A program made the translations under genes and the position numbers. From Candidatus Bathyarchaeota archaeon (lineage in GTDB: Archaea; Thermoproteota; Bathyarchaeia; Bathyarchaeales; Bathycorpusculaceae), in assembly GCA_963811105.1 (NCBI GenBank), contig CAWEPZ010000011.1:1056001-1120000 (forward strand): 64,000 nt of DNA. Reading direction: 5' to 3'. Of the stretch, positions 60,176-64,000 are shown piece after piece (within the stretch, counting starts at the first letter, position 1; every line of letters begins with the position of its first letter). The notes under the pieces were generated by a model. The model saw only the letters and a list, made by a program, of their open reading frames with translations, ran no database searches and had not been told where the DNA came from.

Positions 60176-61720
60176 ATGCAACTTACCGTTGAAGTTTTAA
60201 TGATCACTACTGGAGGAAGCAGAATCGCTATATTAAGCGAAGAAAGCGCCAGCCTCTTGGGCGTACACAGTTCAGATAGAATACGGATAATACGTAGCAC
60301 CAAAGAAATGATAGCTATTGCAAATATAGCGTCTCATTTTCCTAAAAATCGCATTGGACTCTACGAAGAAACCGCTTTGGCGCTTGGAGTAAAAGATGAC
60401 GAAACTGTTAATGTGCAGCTAGCGCCACTTCCCGAATCACTTTTTAATGTTCGTGCAAAATTGCATGGCGAACGTTTACGTGAAACAGACATAATCACAA
60501 TCGTTAACGATGTTGTTGAGCGACATTTGAGCACAGTTGAGATTGCAGCCTTCTTAACTGCTCTTAGCATTCACGGCTCAAGCGCTAGCGAAAACGAGGC
60601 CTTATCAAGGGCTATGGTTGCATCCGGCAAAACTCTCAGTTTCGGCGAAGGCCCCATCCTAGACAAGCACAGTGTAGGTGGAATACCGGGCGACAAAACC
60701 AGCATGATTGTCGTGCCAATAGTAGCCGCGGCAGGATTCACCATACCTAAAACTTCTTCACGCGCTATCACATCACCTGCTGGAACCGCTGACAGAGTGG
60801 AGACTTTGTGCCCTGTCAACTTATCTATTAGTGAGATTAGGGATGTTGTTGCAAAAACTAATGGATGTTTGGTTTGGGGTGGCTCGTTGGAGCTTGCACC
60901 AGCTGACGACCTTTTCATTCAAGTTGAGTATCCACTTGGAATTGACCCCATGCTTTTGCCCTCGATTCTTAGCAAGAAAAAAGCTATTGGAGCAACCCAC
61001 GTGGTCATCGACATTCCCACCGGCATGGGTGCAAAAATCAAGACACGTACTGAAGCTTATGTTTTGGCTTCGGATTTTGTTGATTTGGGGAAACGTTTAG
61101 GCTTAAACATTCAATGTGCCTTGACATTTGGTGACCAGCCATTAGGCTGCAGCATTGGACCTGCTCTTGAAGCGCAAGAAGCCTTGTCAACCTTGATGGG
61201 TGCTGGACCTTCTGACCTAAGGGAAAAAGCTGTCAGCCTTGCAGGTATGCTTTTCGAGATGGTTGGAGCTGAAAACGGACAAGCTAAAGCAGAAGAAATG
61301 CTTGATTCAGGCAAAGCAGAGGCAAAAATGCGGGAAATTATTGCAGCTCAAGGTGGAAATCCAAAGGTTAAACCTAATGAGATTCCTGTTGGCGCTGAAA
61401 TGGCTGAAGTTCGTTCTGAACACGCTGGTAAAGTCATATGGCTAAGCACTGCAGACATTGTGCGTATAGCACGCGAAGCCGGAGCGCCAAAAGAGAAAGG
61501 CGCAGGCTTGGTGTTGCACTCAAAATTAGGCGAAACTGTTCACAAAGACGATGTTCTTTTCGAAATATATGCTGAAAGAGGCTGCAAGTTGACTTCAGCG
61601 TTGGAGCTTGCCAAAAAGTTGTCGCTCATTGTTCTCACTAAGAAGCCTGCGGAGAAGATGATTTTGGACAGGGTGCCTGAAAAGCTCGCTCATGAAAAAA
61701 CCTTCATGCTAGATAGGTAA
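60176..61720 (+). CDS. deoA: AMP phosphorylase
   Basis: DKHSVGGIPG, PKTSSRAITSPAGTAD, LAPADD, IGPALEA, N-terminal extension. Confidence 0.93.
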   Translation: MQLTVEVLMITTGGSRIAILSEESASLLGVHSSDRIRIIRSTKEMIAIANIASHFPKNRIGLYEETALALGVKDDETVNVQLAPLPESLFNVRAKLHGERLRETDIITIVNDVVERHLSTVEIAAFLTALSIHGSSASENEALSRAMVASGKTLSFGEGPILDKHSVGGIPGDKTSMIVVPIVAAAGFTIPKTSSRAITSPAGTADRVETLCPVNLSISEIRDVVAKTNGCLVWGGSLELAPADDLFIQVEYPLGIDPMLLPSILSKKKAIGATHVVIDIPTGMGAKIKTRTEAYVLASDFVDLGKRLGLNIQCALTFGDQPLGCSIGPALEAQEALSTLMGAGPSDLREKAVSLAGMLFEMVGAENGQAKAEEMLDSGKAEAKMREIIAAQGGNPKVKPNEIPVGAEMAEVRSEHAGKVIWLSTADIVRIAREAGAPKEKGAGLVLHSKLGETVHKDDVLFEIYAERGCKLTSALELAKKLSLIVLTKKPAEKMILDRVPEKLAHEKTFMLDR

Positions 61721-61747
61721 TTATACGAAAAAAAAAGTTGAGTGGTT

Positions 61748-62113
61748 TTAATGTGCAATTGCTCCGCCTATCAAACCGCCGACCGCTGCAATTATGCCTG
61801 CGAATATGGAGAGAATGATTGCTGCTGCGCCCACGCCTAAACCAGCTAAGCCTCCAAAGAATGCTCCTGTGATTCCGCCTGCAAGTCCTCCCGCGAATGC
61901 AAAACTGAAGAATGCTAGAATTGCGATTATTATTGCACCAAATATACCTGCTAGAAAACCAGAAATCAATCCTTTAAAGGCGCCTCTAGCTGCGAGCCCC
62001 GCCACTAAGCCGCCGATGAATAAGCCGATAAGATGACCGGCTCCTGAAAAAATAAAGGCGATAATAAGGATTACCAAAAATCCGACGAAAGCTCCCAACC
62101 ATATGCTTCCCAA
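61748..62113 (-). CDS. Gly/Ala-rich membrane protein (DUF5518-like)
   Basis: GxxxG-rich helices; TTG start chosen after a ggggtgg SD. Confidence 0.65.
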   Translation of the reverse strand: MGSIWLGAFVGFLVILIIAFIFSGAGHLIGLFIGGLVAGLAARGAFKGLISGFLAGIFGAIIIAILAFFSFAFAGGLAGGITGAFFGGLAGLGVGAAAIILSIFAGIIAAVGGLIGGAIAH

Positions 62114-62363
62114 ATTTTTCCACCCCCTACAAAGTGAATGGCAAACTGAATGCTCTAAAGTTATAGCTAAAACAGAATTTAAATAAATGCTTTGTTGATG
62201 ATGCCACACAATAACACACAACACCTAAACATAACTTCCTTGCCGAGCATTCATAATATGATACTTAACCATCATTTTTACCCCTAAATATGCGTTAATT
62301 ATAATAGAGCGATTTCCCAGAGTACCTTACAGTAAGTAGTGGGCAGTTTCTAGGGTTTGAAAA

Positions 62364-63062
62364 ATGGCCGAATCAGTTAGAGTATGGCTTAAAAAAGCAT
62401 TCAGTATATCATTAATGCTTAACTCACTCATAACGGTGGCAGCGATAGCTGGAATCACTTATGGATTCTACCATTCATGGCCCAATTGGAAGCCCTATGC
62501 TCCATATCTTATCAACGGAAACCTCTTCTTGGTAGTCGCTGCGGCGGCAATCATCAACATATTTCCAAGCGCAAGCATAGGACGAGCCTTGCATACAGGA
62601 CGATTCTTATTCCACCATTACGTCTACGGTGCAGCAGTCCTGTTCACCTCGTCATTTTGCATAATAGCATTTTCATCATTGTCTTTGATTACTCTTTTTC
62701 TCGTCAACAGCTCAAACATAGCAGTAAATGCCGGAAGATTTTTCGTTCTAACAGGGTTAACACTGCTTTTAGATGACCTTCCAGATGTTTCAAAACGAGT
62801 TGAATTAACGCTAAACAAGGTAAAATCGGGATTCTACAGAATCCGAAAAGGAATCCATATCTTTCAATTAATTACCGGCACGGTAACATTCTACATTTTT
62901 ATAGCCATTTTGCTTGATTCAATCCATAAATTTTCTCTAACAGTTTCTAACTTTCTCACAATGAGTACTCTAATCATAACCAGTATCACTTCCTTTGCTT
63001 GCGTTAAAAGAAAAGCATGGCTAAAAATAACACCGGCATACGCCACACAAAAAAGTCATTAG
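62364..63062 (+). CDS. Membrane hypothetical protein
   Basis: Polytopic; GRFLFHHYVYG, LLLDDLPDVS. Confidence 0.7.
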   Translation: MAESVRVWLKKAFSISLMLNSLITVAAIAGITYGFYHSWPNWKPYAPYLINGNLFLVVAAAAIINIFPSASIGRALHTGRFLFHHYVYGAAVLFTSSFCIIAFSSLSLITLFLVNSSNIAVNAGRFFVLTGLTLLLDDLPDVSKRVELTLNKVKSGFYRIRKGIHIFQLITGTVTFYIFIAILLDSIHKFSLTVSNFLTMSTLIITSITSFACVKRKAWLKITPAYATQKSH

Positions 63063-63774
63063 CGCTTTCGTTTAAGGATTTCTTCGGCCACAGCTTCAAG
63101 CTGCTGGCTAGAATACAAATTGGAACTTTGATAAGACGTAATGAGGTTGGGCAGCTGTGCAGCTTAACGATCGGAACTGTCGGATCGTTGAGATGAAGCG
63201 TTGAATGATTATTTGCAAAAACTACTATGCCTTCAAGCTGTGTACCGAGCATTCTATAATCATGAAAGGAACCGATTATTCCTTTGATTAAAGCAGTATT
63301 TTTTTTGACCTGAATACTTGGACTCCCCTTAAAGTGTTGCTTGCCAGCTCTTTGCCACTGGTCACCATAACAAGTAATGTCACCATTCCAATTCTTAGTC
63401 TCCAAAACAAAAATGCCGCTAGGTCCAAGAACAATGTGGTCAATATCGCCTCCCCCGTTACGCAGGGAGAGGCCATTTACGAGGAAATAATCATCGCTAA
63501 GCTTACTGCTGAGAAGTTTGGCTACCTGTTGCTCTCCAGTCAAACCGCCCCGGTAAATTCTGTACTAAAGCAGAAAATAGTAGAATGCTGCTAAAGATGC
63601 CATAGAAACCATCAATCCAACCCCTTCAAAAACGTTTAAGCTTAGTGTCAAAAGCATCCGCAGACTTATTGCAGATAGAATCAGGAAAAACAAGAGTAAG
63701 CAGACAGCCGCTTTCGCCAAGTTTTTTCTTACTTGATTCTTAAGGTAGTTGCCCGACCCTTTCAGGTTTCTCAT
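63059..63774 (-). pseudogene. Membrane-anchored NERD nuclease-domain gene with an in-frame TAG (63565) and a late frameshift
   Basis: GEQQV..DIDHIVLGPSGIFVLETKNWNG; two N-terminal TM helices in the same frame across the TAG. Confidence 0.75.
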
Positions 63775-63930
63775 GCATTTAACGCTCTCGACAGCTTTCC
63801 ATTAACTTAAAACTATATTACTATATTCATCTTGAGCTATGCCTCTCAGGCAAAAGCGTTATTTTAAGCTTGATTTTAACCAGCAAAAAAACATTGACCA
63901 AAAATAAGAGTCTTAAAAAAAGACTATGCA

Positions 63931-64000
63931 TTATTTATTGTCTGTCAGATATTGATGCATTGCTTTTGCCGCGCGTTTGCCTGCGCCCATTGCGCTGATG
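63931..64000 (-). CDS. 3' end of an NADPH-dependent glutamate synthase small chain/SudA-like oxidoreductase
   Basis: ISAMGAGKRAAKAMHQYLTDNK then stop. Confidence 0.7.
   Translation of the reverse strand, partial: ISAMGAGKRAAKAMHQYLTDNK

Noticed and set aside
63565-63567. In-frame TAG in the NERD gene as pyrrolysine or readthrough
   Set aside because: The same gene has a frameshift, many intact genes here end in TAG, and no pyl genes are in the window; a nonsense mutation or error is simpler

Overview
Archaeal chromosomal window, most likely Candidatus Bathyarchaeia. This is inferred from the ADH/DHQ-synthase-II shikimate route, aIF2-alpha, form III RuBisCO with AMP phosphorylase, repeated secreted PQQ beta-propeller proteins and BRE/TATA promoters. 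1-28 kb is core genome. It opens with a membrane protein ending in a 10-Cys (CA)n tail that abuts an RRE/PqqD-radical SAM-SPASM gene, a candidate protein-tail or RiPP-like modification system. Next come an ilvBH-leuCDBA-pheA cluster and a convergent 11-gene aromatic amino acid operon led by aspartokinase. The most striking result is not in the ORF track: short upstream ORFs whose codons match the downstream pathway. MSNLQSKKENNVSWFQSFDFGFYYRYFP (9 aromatic residues in the last 15, followed by a 10-bp stem) precedes the aro operon, MRDRHLNRWDRRVFIL precedes ilvB, and MIIV precedes leuC. They suggest ribosome-mediated, attenuation-like control in an archaeon. 28-41 kb holds surface proteins, an aIF2-alpha outside its usual context, a second rSAM/SPASM and a GT2. 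40.9-51.3 kb holds two tRNA-integrated elements (tRNA-Leu TAG and tRNA-Thr GGT) with att repeats, disrupted integrases, an IS5-family element and candidate defence or regulatory cargo. 51.8-64 kb holds a protein glycosylation cluster, a GH3-family gene and the AMP phosphorylase/R15P isomerase/RuBisCO cluster. Several single-base frameshifts in the right half may be sequencing errors. All calls come from reading the sequence and recalling motifs; no searches were run.
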